From the human T2T-CHM13v2.0 reference genome, Homo sapiens: 64,000 nucleotides of DNA. Positions 16,431 to 27,569 of the stretch are shown one piece after another (within the stretch, counting starts at the first letter, position 1; every line of letters begins with the position of its first letter). The notes under the pieces are model-generated. The model was not told the origin of the DNA. It was given only the letters and a program-made list of their open reading frames with translations, and did not search any database. The stretch is taken from assembly GCF_009914755.1 (NCBI RefSeq), contig NC_060925.1. One strand, 5' to 3'. The translations under genes and the position numbers were made by a program.

Positions 16431-16652
16431 CCAGGAGCAGCAGGGCCTTCCGCAGCTCCAAACAGCTTTCCCCAGGCATGATCTCTCCAAATCTGCCCTG
16501 AATCACAAGCTGGGAGCTTAGACCCCATTTTACAGATGAGTCACTGAGGCTCCGAATGCCATTTCCATACCATGTCTCCCCACACTGGGCAGGCGACACC
16601 GCCGATGCTTCCCAAGCAACCCTGTGTGTCGGCTGCTGATTAGAACTTTCCT

Positions 16653-16666
16653 GTTGCCATGGCAAC
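16653..16666. promoter_or_regulatory. Perfect palindromic RFX X-box GTTGCCATGGCAAC
   Basis: Exact match to the RFX consensus, in unique sequence. Confidence 0.7.
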
Positions 16667-17019
16667 CCCCCTGGGGAGGCCTGCCCTACTTTGCATCCCT
16701 GGCATAGGGCGGGCAGCCTCACCCCGCACCCCTGAGACAGAGAGATGGGGTTTATCCCACTTGCTGCAAAACAGGTCCCGCTGGAAGAAGACCTGGGCTC
16801 CCTCACTCAGATGTTCAACCAATGTTTAGCAGCACCAACACCGTCCCAGAGACTGAGCCAGGCCCTGGGACAAGAGGAAACATAAGCTGTGGTCCCTGCC
16901 CTTGCAAAGCACACCGATTCACAGGGGAAGCCGACAGATAGCCACGAGCCTGCCTGTGAGGCTGAGGACCACAGCAACGATGCCAGCAACTCAGGGCCAA
17001 GGCAGTTCTGAGCCCTTCC

Positions 17020-17180
17020 CAAGGATTCACTCATTTACTTCTCCCATTAACTTTTGGGGTAGGTATCAACAGTATCCCCATATGACAGATGAGGAAACTA
17101 AGGCCTCAGAGAGGTTGAGAACCTTGCCCTAGGTCACACAGCTGAGAAGCAGGAGAGCCAGAACCTGGAGACAGGGAGAC
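17020..17180 (-). mobile_element. MIR SINE
   Basis: tatccccatatgacagatgaggaaactaaggcctcagagaggttgag..ggtcacacagct. Confidence 0.85.
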
Positions 17181-19054
17181 TCTGAGCCACTCTGTAGGTG
17201 TTTGGTGAAGGGACCCCGACTCCATCAGGGTGGCCCAGGAGGGTTTCCCAGGGAAGGTATCTATCCTCCAAAGTGATCTCAGTAAGAGGAGAGGAGGGTA
17301 GAGATGGGAGCATGGTGGAGCGGGGACTCTGAGAGCTTCTGATCACTCAGTGTTGGGGTGAGTGGCCTAGTCCCCCACTCTGTGCCTGGTGAGACTCAGC
17401 TAGGCCTTGGGACACACGACTTGGGAAAAGAAAATACAATCCAGGTAGCCAGTGCTGGAGAGGGGCACCGCAGCTACAAGGCACGGGCCTCCTGAAAAGG
17501 CTGAAATGCCTCTGGAGGCTTCCAAGGGAGCAGTTTGGGACAGGTGTGCACACACTCCACTCCCTGCCCATCTTCCCACCCTTGGGCAACAACACCCTGT
17601 ACCTACGCACCTGTGAGGAGGAGAAACTCGGAGTGCGGCCGGGCTTAGTCCTTGCAGTCCCCGCACAAAAATACTTTTATTTCCAGGTGAGTGTAACGGT
17701 TACGAGTGTGGACTGTGGCGCTGACTGCCTCTGAAAATGCAGAGAATCATCAGTCCTGTGTATATCATAGTGTTGTTGCAAGGGCTGGATGAACAGACAC
17801 CTACAAAGTTCACAGTACTTGGCACAGAGGGTGTGTAACTGTGAGCTGTAATTATCTTTGTAGCACGTGGATGCACATGGATCTGCATTTTTACACAGCT
17901 ACATGTGTGCAGGTGTACAAGCCCATGCACACAGTGAGGGCACACCCATGAGAGCACCCCATGTCTTGCCAGTATATGTGTAAAGCTACCTCCTCGAGTG
18001 GGCTTGAATGGACACTAACTACCGTGGGGAGGGGGGATTAGCAGGGAGGAGCCAGTAAACACAAGCACCCACAGGTGTCTGCAGGGAGGGAGGGCGCGGC
18101 ACGCCCATCCCCAGAGAATAGGTGCCTTCCTGTGCGTGCACCTGGGCTTGTATATTGGCGGGGTTTGGGCAGCGAGGGGGTAGGGATGAGGATATGTGAT
18201 TTGAGGTTGAAGCATTACAGACCTGGGTTTAATTTATGTTGAGATGAGGAAGGATCTGGCTGTGTTTTTCTCCTTGAACCACTGTGATGTAAAGAAATCT
18301 CAGCTCTGCAAAACAAAGATCAATCAGCAGGGAAAATAAAAAGTGCTTAAGGCTTAAACCTCCTACCACAGGCCCCCAGGGAGTGTTAAAGCCACAGTTG
18401 AGGAAAGAGAAACATGATTAAGATTGAAGTCAGGAGTCCACAGAGGGGGAGTCACGCCAGCCAAGGGCTTTCCTGTTTTCCCAGAAAGGAGGCTTCCCGG
18501 AGGAAGCCATGACCCGTTGGAAAACACTCAAAAGCCTGTCTGGGCCCCAGCCTTCCCCAACCCATTGAGAAGATGAGTCTTCTTGGGAGAAAAACAAACC
18601 CTGCTTTCCCCACCATCACCTTGGATCTTACTTGGAGGGAAGGGACTAGAAAGAAAAGACTACTTGGGAGATTGCCCTGAAATAAGACCTCCCCTTTCTC
18701 CTTCCCAGGAGGATATCTGTGCCTCAAGCTATCAGCAGTTATACAAGACCACAAACCCAAGTAGCAAGGAGGAAAACACACCCTGGAATGAGAAGCCCCC
18801 TCCTGCTCGTTTAGCACTTAAGAGTTTTTGAAGGCATCACCTGGTGAATCTGCGGCACACACAGCGAGACTCAGTTCCTTGCTTGAGATCACACAACCTT
18901 CCATCAGTAAATCTAAGATTCGACCCCTTGTCTGACTCCACTTCTGGTGTCATTTTCTTTACATCACAGCACTGCCCAAATGTAACTGTGGGGACTAGTG
19001 TATGCCACCCGAAAATATGAAGGATGGTTGAGCTGAAAGCAATAAGAAGCAGCA

Positions 19055-20883
19055 GGCCAGGCACGATGGCTCAAACCTATAATCCCAGCACTTTGGGAGG
19101 CTGAGGCAGGAGGATCAACTGAGCCCAGGAGTTTGAGACCAGTCTGGGCAACATAGGGAGACCCTATCTCTATAAAAAAATAAAAATAAAAATAAAAATA
19201 TTAATTAGCCAGGCATGCAAGACAATCCTAAGCAAAAAGAGCAAAGCTGGAGGCATCTCATTACCTGACTTCAAGCTATACTACAAGTCTACAGTAACCA
19301 AAACAGCATGGTACCCATACAAGAACAGACATATAGACCAAAGGAACAGAATAGAGAACTCAGAAATCAGACCACACACCTACAACCATCTGATCTTTGA
19401 CAAACCTGACAAAAACAAGCAATGGGGAAAAGATTCCCTATTTAATAAATGGTGCTGGCAGAACTGGCTAGCCCTATATAAAAATTGAAACTGGACCCCT
19501 TCATTACACCATATACAAAAATTAACTCAAGATGGATTAAACACTTAAATGTAAAACCCAAAACTATAAAAACCCTAGAAGTAAGTCTAGGCAATACCAT
19601 TCAGGACATAGGCACAGGCAAAGATTTCATTATGAAAACACCAACAGCAATTGCAACAAAAGCAAAAATAGACAAATGGGATCTAATTAAACTGAAGAGC
19701 TTCTGCACAGCAAAAGAAACTATCATCAGAGCGAACGCACAGCCCACATAATAGGAGAAAATTTTTGCCATCTATCCATCTGACAAAGGTCTAATATCCA
19801 GAGTCTACAAGGAATTTAAACAAATTTACAGGAAAAAAATCAACCTCATTAAAAAGTGGGCAAAGGACATGAACAGACACTTCTCAAAAGAAGACATTCA
19901 TGCAGCCAAGCAACATTTTTAAAAAGCTCAACATCACTGATCATTAGAGAATGCAAATCGAAACCAAAATGAGATACTGTCTCATGCCAGTCAGAATGGC
20001 TATTATTAAAAAGTCAAAAAACAACAGATGCTGGTGAGGTTGCAGAGAAAAAGGAGTATTTTTACACTGTTGGTGGGAGTGTAAATTAGTTCAACCATTG
20101 TGGAAGACAGTGTGGAGATTCCTGATAGACCTAAGGCCAAAATACCATTTGACCCAGCAATCCCATTACTGGGTATATACCCAAAGGAATATAAATCATT
20201 CTATTATAAAGATACATGCACGTGTACGTTCACTGCAGCACTGTTCACAATAGGAAAGACATGGAATCAACCTAAATGCCCATCAATGATAGACTGAATA
20301 AAGAAAATGTGGTACATATATGCCACGGAATACTATGCAGCCATAAAAAGGAATGAGATCATATCGTCTACAGGGACATGGATGGAGTTGGTTGGAAGCC
20401 ATTATCCTCAGCAAACTAATGCAGGGACAGAAAACCAAACACCACATGTTCTCACTTATATGTGGGAGCTGAACAATGAGGTCACATAGCCACAAGGAGG
20501 GAAACAACACATACCAGGGCCTGTCAGAGGGTGGGGTGTGGGGAGAGGGAGAACATCAGGAAGAATAGCTAATGGATGCTGGCCTTAACACCTAGGTGAT
20601 GGGATGATCTGGGCAGCAAACCACCATGGCACACGTTTACCTATGTAACAAACCTGCACATCCTGCACATGTAATACCCCTGAACTTAAAAGTTTGAAAA
20701 AAAAATGGAAAAAGAAATAAGCCAGGCATGATGGTACGCACCTGTGATTTGCAAGGCTGAGATGGGAGGTTTGCTTAATCAAGGTGGAGGCTGCAGTGAG
20801 CTGTGATGACGCCACTGCACTCCAGCCTGAGCAACAGAGTGAGACCCTGTCTTAAAAAAAAAAAAAGAAAGAAAGAAAAAAAA
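19055..20883 (+). mobile_element. AluJ split by an L1 (left part 19055-19217, right part 20716-20883)
   Basis: aggatcaactgagcccaggagtttgagacc (J-type); right arm gaggctgcagtgagctgtgat..poly(A). Confidence 0.92.
19218..20715 (+). mobile_element. 5'-truncated L1PA (L1PA11-13-like), ORF2 C-terminus plus 3'UTR
   Basis: Decayed ORF2 peptides ([35 protein letters not shown]); 3'UTR ggaagaatagctaatggatgctgg; TSD AATWAGCCAGGCATG at 19203-19217 and 20716-20730. Confidence 0.95.
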
Positions 20884-21499
20884 GCAGATACAGGAAAACT
20901 CTCAGCAAACTCTCAGCCCTCCCTCTATTGGCCTAAAAGCAGAACATAGATTTACAAAGACAAAAGGTATCCTGACCCCCTTCTACCAGGAAGGACAAAG
21001 GTTAACTATTGAAGACAACTATAGATGCCTATCACCTGGAGGTGATACCAGAGGGATGGGGACTAATGAGCTTTACTAACCTTGATCTGCCAGCTGTTAC
21101 CTTCCCCCAAGTTGCTGCCCCTCAAGACTCAAAGTTCTTTTCCTGTGTCTTGTCACTTCTCCAGAAATTGACTGTTCTTTATTGAAGATATTCTATGAGC
21201 TGGAATTCAAACCAGCTCTCCGAGAACTACTCATCCCCTGGCTGTCTCCCATATGGATATGAAATATCCATGTTAATAAACTTTGGTTTGTTTTCTCTTG
21301 TTAAGCTGTCTTTTGTAACAGCAGTTCTTTCCAAGAACCTATAAGGGTTGAAGAAAAGCTTCTACAAAATATACCAACAGCGATGCTCATAATAGAATAG
21401 CACAGGGTCTGTTCTCAGGGAGTGTACTGGCACAAAACCGAACAGTCAGAAACAGGGGCTGGTTTGTGCGGTTCCTAGTCAAAGAGTCACAGAAAAGGA

Positions 21500-21800
21500 G
21501 GGCTCCCATGGCCTGGGTGGGCAAGAATGCTCCCAGAGGATGGGGAGCTTTTTCTGGGAGCCTTAGAGGATAAGTAGGGTTTGGATAAGTTGTCGGGTAC
21601 AGAGGCATTCTACGCAGGGAGACATTATGAGCAAAAGGGCAGAGACCAGAAGGAACTCGGTGTGGTGGGAGTGGGGTAGGGAGGTGGGCATGAGTAGACT
21701 GGATGGGAGATTGTCTGTTTGGCAGAAAGGGAGATAAATGAGGTTGGGTGGAACAGATTGCCTGGACCATAAACAGGAGGCCCAGGAGACACAACTGTGA
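21500..21800 (-). mobile_element. L2 fragment
   Basis: gagccttagaggataagtagggtttgga..ggcattctacgcagggagacattatgagcaaaagg. Confidence 0.6.
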
Positions 21801-21862
21801 GCTTCTTACCATGCTTAGGCCCAAGGTGGTGCAGGCCATTCAGCAGGTACTTAACATCTTTC

Positions 21863-21980
21863 TGGATGGATTGATGGATGGATGGATGGATGGATCGACG
21901 GACAGATCTCTAGTCATGTATGAATACATGAATAGAGTGAATGAATACATGAATACATGAATAGAATACATTAATAAATA
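21863..21980. repeat. (TGGA)n/(TGAA)n microsatellite, probably derived from an L2 tail
   Basis: Direct reading. Confidence 0.75.
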
Positions 21981-21984
21981 GTAC

Positions 21985-22116
21985 ATGGTGGGAAAAGTGA
22001 GTATTACAAAAGGGGATCTGTGCTGAGAACCGGGAGTCTGAAGTTCAGGTTCCTGCCCTGCCACTAACCAACCATTGGAGGGACACTTCTGGGCCTCAGT
22101 TTCCTCATCTGTAAAG
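21985..22116 (+). mobile_element. MIR SINE
   Basis: ctgccactaacc..tctgggcctcagtttcctcatctgtaaa. Confidence 0.75.
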
Positions 22117-22787
22117 CCCTGGTGATTCTCGAGAGTTCTTCACACTTCTTTGTAGACAGACGCCGGGGCTCAGGCAAGAAAGCCTACGCTAATAAGCAGC
22201 CCCAGGGGAAGCCAGCAGCAGGGGCCCTTCCCTCCTGGCTAAGAAAACTGCCACTGGGGAGAAGAGGAGGAGAGCCCAGGCCTAGCTCTGAACGTACCTG
22301 ATGTCACTTCCCCTCCCTGGTCCACAGTTCCAGCAGATTCACTCCAGCATTTTAGGATTCTGCGAGATTTGTCTGAGGGGCCTGATTTATAGGAGAGAGG
22401 AGGCCAGACTTGCCCCTCCCTTACCCGACTTAGGATGGTAAAGCAACTTGGGAAAAGCATTTACTCTCAGCTCCCGGAATTACCCTTCACTTTCCTGGCA
22501 GATAAATGGGGCAAAACAGAAGATGCAGTTACATTTAAATGGAGCGAGGCAGGTGGAAGTTTATAAGATTTGAATACACTTTTTGGCTGCTTTTGAATAT
22601 TCATTTGCCCAAGGGAGAATTGGGCAGCCAGAATCTATGGGTCTAAAGGAGGTTATTTAAGGTTGGGGGGAAGGGTTGGCAGGAATCCCTGTTCATCAGA
22701 CTCTCAGGAGCTAATTGCAATTCTTCACCAGCTAAAATGTCACAGGCTCAGAGTAAATTCTGGGAGTTGATACACCTCATGGTTACT

Positions 22788-22801
22788 GTTGCCATAGCAA
22801 C
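22788..22801. promoter_or_regulatory. RFX X-box GTTGCCATAGCAAC
   Basis: Consensus match in unique sequence. Confidence 0.65.
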
Positions 22802-23699
22802 TACCTCCCTGTAACCATGTGTACCAGCAGATCACAGCTGACAAGACAAGCCCAAGGAGGTGAATGATGGGGAGCCAGCCCAGGACTCCAGCAGGCCCCC
22901 AAGAGTTCTAAAATATGTCTCATAAAGCTAGAATACACTCTGGGCTTCCCAAACATCCTTGAGAATTCTGAAACAAGAGCCCAGAGTGCTGGAACAAGCT
23001 GGAATTCCAAAATCTGTCCTCAAATTCCAGAATACTTTCCCCAAGGTCCAGAACACACCCCAGAGATCCAAAGACTCCCCTCCATTCCTGTCAGTCTCTC
23101 CAGGTATGCACCTCCAAATCCTAAAGCGTACCCCTGGATAGCTAGAGCAGGCCCTTAAATTATTCTCTCCCTCTTGAATTGATTCTTCCTGGGAACTGGC
23201 TTTCTGTCTGAACTGCAAGGATTAAGGAGCACTCAGGGCTTGTGTTGGAGAAGACAGTCGGGGGGGTGACCTGCGGAGTGAGCAGATGAAGGCCTTGTCC
23301 TGATCCCTTGGAAACACAGAGCATCACAGACGTGCCTCATCACATGCCAGGCCTCAGAGTCAAGGGTGGCTCCCCTGGCCCAGGCATCCCTGCTGCACTC
23401 CATGCTGTGTCTTATTCTCCGCAGTGGGGATGACTCGCCCCTGACTCATCCCTGCTCTCTGCCAAGGCTCCTGTGTGACCATTAGCACATCGATCCTGGG
23501 GCCCTTGGGAGGGGGTGAAATTGGAGGACCTCCTGGCCCTCAGAGAAAGCTCCTCTTTACCCAAGCAGCCTGAGGTGGGATGTGGCTGAGTTGGGAAGCC
23601 TCACCCTCCCTGCCTGGGGCTGGGGGAGCTTCCTGTCTGCAAGTTGACCCTTCCCCAATCATCCCTGATGACACAGTCACTCAGCAACTCCTGAACAAG

Positions 23700-24245
23700 G
23701 GCACCATCTCCCCAGATGGGTAGGAAACCTCAGCACTATCTTAGACTCTTCTCTCTTCCTTCCCCACCACATTAATTCACTGCCCAGTTGGCTCCATTCT
23801 TTGTTTCTTTCTCGCCTGGATCCCATCCCTCCCACCATCCCCACTGCCTCGGTCCAGGCCTTGTTATTACTTAGCCTCCACTCCTGCCCTCTCCACCTCA
23901 TTGGCCAAATGCAAGGCCCTGGTGACTTCACTGCTCTGCCCAAAGCATCAGTGCCTGCTCCCACGTGCTGCCCATCAGGTTCAACCATCTCACCAAGAAT
24001 TCAAGGCCCCCGATATCTGGCTTTGTCCAAAACTCAACTTCTCCCAAATCCTGACGGTTGTGTGAAATAGCCCCAAATTCCTGCCCTCCCAAACCTTTGC
24101 TTCTTCTCTCTTCCTCCTCAAGGGCTCTTTGCACCATCTCTAAATCTCCAAACCAGTTTAGGGGCCACCTCCTTGGAGACTACTGAAGCCATTACTGACC
24201 TTGCCCTTCTCTGAAACCCCAGAACTTCTTGTCTGTGCCACTGTT
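23700..24245 (+). mobile_element. L2 fragment
   Basis: ggcaccatctccc..gaaacctcagcactatcttagactcttctctc..ccactgcctcggtccaggcc. Confidence 0.65.
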
Positions 24246-24306
24246 TTTAGAGTTAGCTATGGGTTCTCAGAGCTGCAAGGAGTCTTAGAGGTAATTAAGT
24301 CCAGTG

Positions 24307-24462
24307 TTGTTGTTTTTTTCTTAATTTCTACTTTTATTTTAGATTCAAGGGGTACATGTGCAGGTTCATTATATGAGTATATTGTGTGACGCTGAGGTAT
24401 GGGGTATGATTGATCCCGTCACCCAGATAGTGAGCATGGTTACCCAAAAGGTAGTTTCTCAA
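24307..24462 (-). mobile_element. L1PA15/16-like 3' terminal fragment
   Basis: ttttattttagattcaaggggtacatgtgcagg..gatcccgtcacccagatagtgagc; flanked by a TCCAGTG duplication. Confidence 0.88.
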
Positions 24463-24625
24463 TCCAGTGGTTTTCAAACTTGGCTTTGTGACACCCTGAG
24501 AAGCGTGGGGCCTTAAAGACTGTAGGAGGAGGGTGGTCCTGAGGGGTGGTCCAGTCAGCAGGGACACAGCCCTCTACACCTGCTCCAACTCAGAGCAGCC
24601 TTACCTTGATCTGTCTTAGACGGGC

Positions 24626-25080
24626 CATTCATTCATTCATGCATGCATCCATTCATCAGCTGTTTACTGAGCACCTTCACTGTATCAGCTTCTATCAATA
24701 AGACAGTGAATAAAGAAACTAAACCTGTAGCCTCATGAAACTTGCAAGCTACCGGGGAAAACAGACAAGAAACATATTAACAAATAAAGACACAAGAAAA
24801 TGTCAAAAAGTGGTAATTGCTGAGGACACAGTAGGATGGGAGTAAGATCCAGAATGCCGTGGAGTGCTCAGGGTATCATTAGATGGTCTGGCCGGGGAAC
24901 GCTCCCTGAAAAAGTAACATCAGAGCTGACCCCTGGATGGCAAGATGAGGGCCAGCGATGCACAGCGTGTTCTAGGGGAAGGATAATCATGACAAAGAAA
25001 AGACCAGTGCAGAAGCCCCAAGGCAGAAACAAGCCTGTCATCTTTAAAATCACAGAGGGCAGAGAGCAGTGGCAGAGCTG
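24626..25080 (-). mobile_element. L2 fragment
   Basis: cattcattcattc..gtttactgagcacc..cctcatgaaacttgc..gcagaagccccaaggcag. Confidence 0.75.
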
Positions 25081-25984
25081 TCCAAGATGAGACTTTTGTA
25101 GCCAATTCCACTTGAAGAATTGGATTTTTCTGCCAAAAAAAATAGATAGACAGATAGACTTATAGACAGAACCCACTGACCTAGTCTAATCCTGCCACTT
25201 CACAGAGGAAAAACGAAGATCCAATGTGTCCAAGGATTGTCCAAGGTCCAACTAAGAGCTGGTGGCAAGCTGGGACCAGTGCCCAGGTCTCAGGATGCTG
25301 CCCGGGCACCATCTGTCACTCCTTGTGAGTGGGTCACCCAGGGCAGGCCTCCCTGGCCTTTGACTTTCCCAGCCACTTGGCCAGCCCTGCTCTTGATGCC
25401 AACCGCACCCTACCCTGCACACAGGTAAGAAGTGTGAATGAGACAATGTCTCCCTGGCCAGCCGAGCTCCAGGGAGCAAGCAAGAGACAAATAAAAGGCT
25501 TTATTGGATTTGTTAAACACGCACCCTGTGGCCAAGGGCCTCCTGGCACCAGACGGCATCACAGAGGGAAAAAAGAAAAGCGGATGATGAAATTAAAAGG
25601 CATTTCATTGCCAGAGCCAAGGCTGACATGCACAAATCCAGAATGTGTCTCTCTCCCTGGCTTCTCACCCACCTGTCCTCCTGTGTCCCCAGCCTCTCTC
25701 TGATGCAGCCGCCCTGGCCGGGGTCACAGCTCACACCATGACACGGGGCCTCCTGCACAGCCATCTTGAGGCATCTGACCCAGGAATCAAAGACCCAGAA
25801 GGGATTCTGGGGAAAGAGGGAAACGTGAGAAGTGCCTGAGAGGTCATGGAGTCCATCCCCCTGTCCCTGGCATGATCTGAACTTGCTAACCTCTTCCACA
25901 TAAGAGCGCAGGCCCCAACCCAGGAGAAGGCAGCTCAGGCTAAGGCCAGAGAAGGGGCCAGAGGGGTGAACAGGGAGAAGACAG

Positions 25985-26160
25985 ACAGTCCGGGTCCATG
26001 GCCCAGCTCTGCCACTGGCCAGCTCTACAATATTGGCAATTCACTGTACCTCTGTGAGCCTCAGTTGCCTCTGCTGCAAAAGAAGAAATGCCCATGGTGA
26101 GGATGAAATGAGGTATTTTGGTGTAAAGCTCCTGGCATGTAGAGGGCACCAACAAGTATT
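25985..26160 (+). mobile_element. MIR SINE
   Basis: cccagctctgccact..ctctgtgagcctcagttgcctc..gtgaggatgaaatgag. Confidence 0.75.
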
Positions 26161-26273
26161 GGTTTTAGAGGCATCTGGAGCCCCAGTTTTCTATGTGACC
26201 TCCACTGAGGTGGGAGAAAGTTTTTAACTCCCCCCGATACTCCACCAGACTCACCACAGTTTCCCCAGAGTCT

Positions 26274-26371
26274 CTGATCAGGGCAAACTATTTGTGTCTA
26301 ATTACATTAAATTGCATAATATTTTCACCGCTTTCCCAAGAGACTTACCTGATTTCTCTCTGTTCATTTCT
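26274..26371. repeat. Arm A of a long inverted repeat (partner 27345-27443)
   Basis: About 85 of 99 positions identical to the reverse complement of arm B; 28-bp perfect core. Confidence 0.92.
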
Positions 26372-26416
26372 GTGTGTGTGTGCATGTGTGTGTGTGTATG
26401 TGTGTGTGTGCATGCA
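26371..26416. repeat. (TG)n microsatellite
   Basis: Direct reading. Confidence 0.9.
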
Positions 26417-26879
26417 TAGACACATTTTGTTAAATGGATGTTCCTAAGGCCAAGGTTACACTCCTCCTGTCTGTGCTGCCCTCAAGAAAGAATCTATGGG
26501 GATTGCCAAGCAACCTAAGGAAATGAGATGGTTTGTAGATTTCTTTAGAGGAAGTCATGTCATGCTGGCCCTTTTCAGTGGTTTTTCCAATAAACATCTT
26601 TTGAGCACTTCATGTGTGCAAGGCAATGTATTTATTAATATATTTTGTTCACAAAAGTGAACAAGAGCCCCTCTTTCTTTCCTGTTGGAGCCTACATGTC
26701 AGGGCTCTGGGACTGGATGATTAAGAAGACCTGTAATCTGTCAAATGACCCAGTTCAAAAGGTGCTGATAAATGAACCCATGTCAGCCTGAGGAGGTCTC
26801 TGACAGCATGCCGTGGGATTCTGTCTTTGGGATTTCTCATCAAGTACACAACAGTTGAGGAATCCTGGAGACAAGCAAG

Positions 26880-27560
26880 TTCAGGGCATTTGTGCACAAA
26901 TGTTACAGGACACCTGCTCTGTGCCAGGCACTGGGGACACAGCTGTGAACAAGACAAACCAAAATCTCTGTCCTCATGGGGCTTACATTCTAGTTAAGAA
27001 AGACAGACAGTCAATCAAGAAATAAGTTAAGTAAAGAAAATGTCCAGAGGCTGGTAAGTGCTATGGAAAAAATAAGTGGTTGGGAGTACTAGAGAGTACT
27101 AGGAGACAAGGGTTAAGATTTTAAAGAAAATGATCAAGGAAGGCTTTGCTGAGAAGACAACATTTCAGTAAAGGCCCAAGGGAGGAGAAACAAACCATTC
27201 AAACCACCTGGATGATACAGAACATTCTGAACAAAGGGGAAGCAGGTACAAAGGCCCTGGGGCAGCAATGCACCTGGCATGTATGCATGTATGTAAACAG
27301 CATCTTTTTACATGCAGGTATCTTAGTGGCCTGATTGATCTGAAAGAAATAAACAGAGAGAAATCAGGTGATGCCCTCGGGGAAAGCAGTAAAAATATAA
27401 TGCAATTTAATGTAATTAGACACAAATTGTTGGCTCCGATCAGCCAGTGTGGCTGCAGCAGAGTGACCAAGGAGAGATGGACAGGAAATGAGGTCAGAGG
27501 GGAGACAAAGAGGGGACCATTGCAGGAATCCAGGTGGACAATGAGAGTGCTTAGCCCAGG
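26880..27560 (-). mobile_element. L2 fragment interrupted at ~27283-27443
   Basis: acctgctctgtgccaggcactggggacacagctgtgaacaagac..caaaggccctggggcagcaatgcacctggcatgt | gccagtgtggctgcagcagagtga..atgaggtcagag. Confidence 0.8.
27345..27443. repeat. Arm B of a long inverted repeat (partner 26274-26371)
   Basis: See arm A. Confidence 0.92.
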
Positions 27561-27569
27561 GCAGACATA

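Larger units (their letters stand above)
18987..21366 (+). mobile_element. MER34-family ERV1 solo LTR (18987-19054 and 20884-21366), interrupted by Alu and L1
   Basis: tgtggggactag..tatgccacccgaaaatatgaaggatggttgagctgaa; resumes gcagatacaggaaa..gcctaaaagcagaacatagatttacaaagacaaaagg..gttaataaact..ctaca. Confidence 0.75.
24302..25178. mobile_element. MER103C-like hAT-Charlie MITE containing L1 and L2 insertions
   Basis: Ends cagtggttttcaaac..cactg; internal cagagcagccttaccttgatctgt; decayed 8-bp TSD ATTAAGTC / ACCTAGTC. Confidence 0.55.
24267..25295 (-). mobile_element. MIR3 (24267-24301 and 25179-25295) split by a hAT MITE
   Basis: cagagctgcaaggagtcttagaggtaattaagtc | acctagtctaatcctgccacttcacagagg. 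Confidence 0.6.

Noticed and set aside
17560-18180. Possible CpG island or promoter
   Set aside because: Only a mild local CpG excess, too sparse and short for an island.
19485-20297. ORFs with L1 ORF2 peptides
   Set aside because: Frameshifted remnants of a 5'-truncated L1PA, not a functional CDS.
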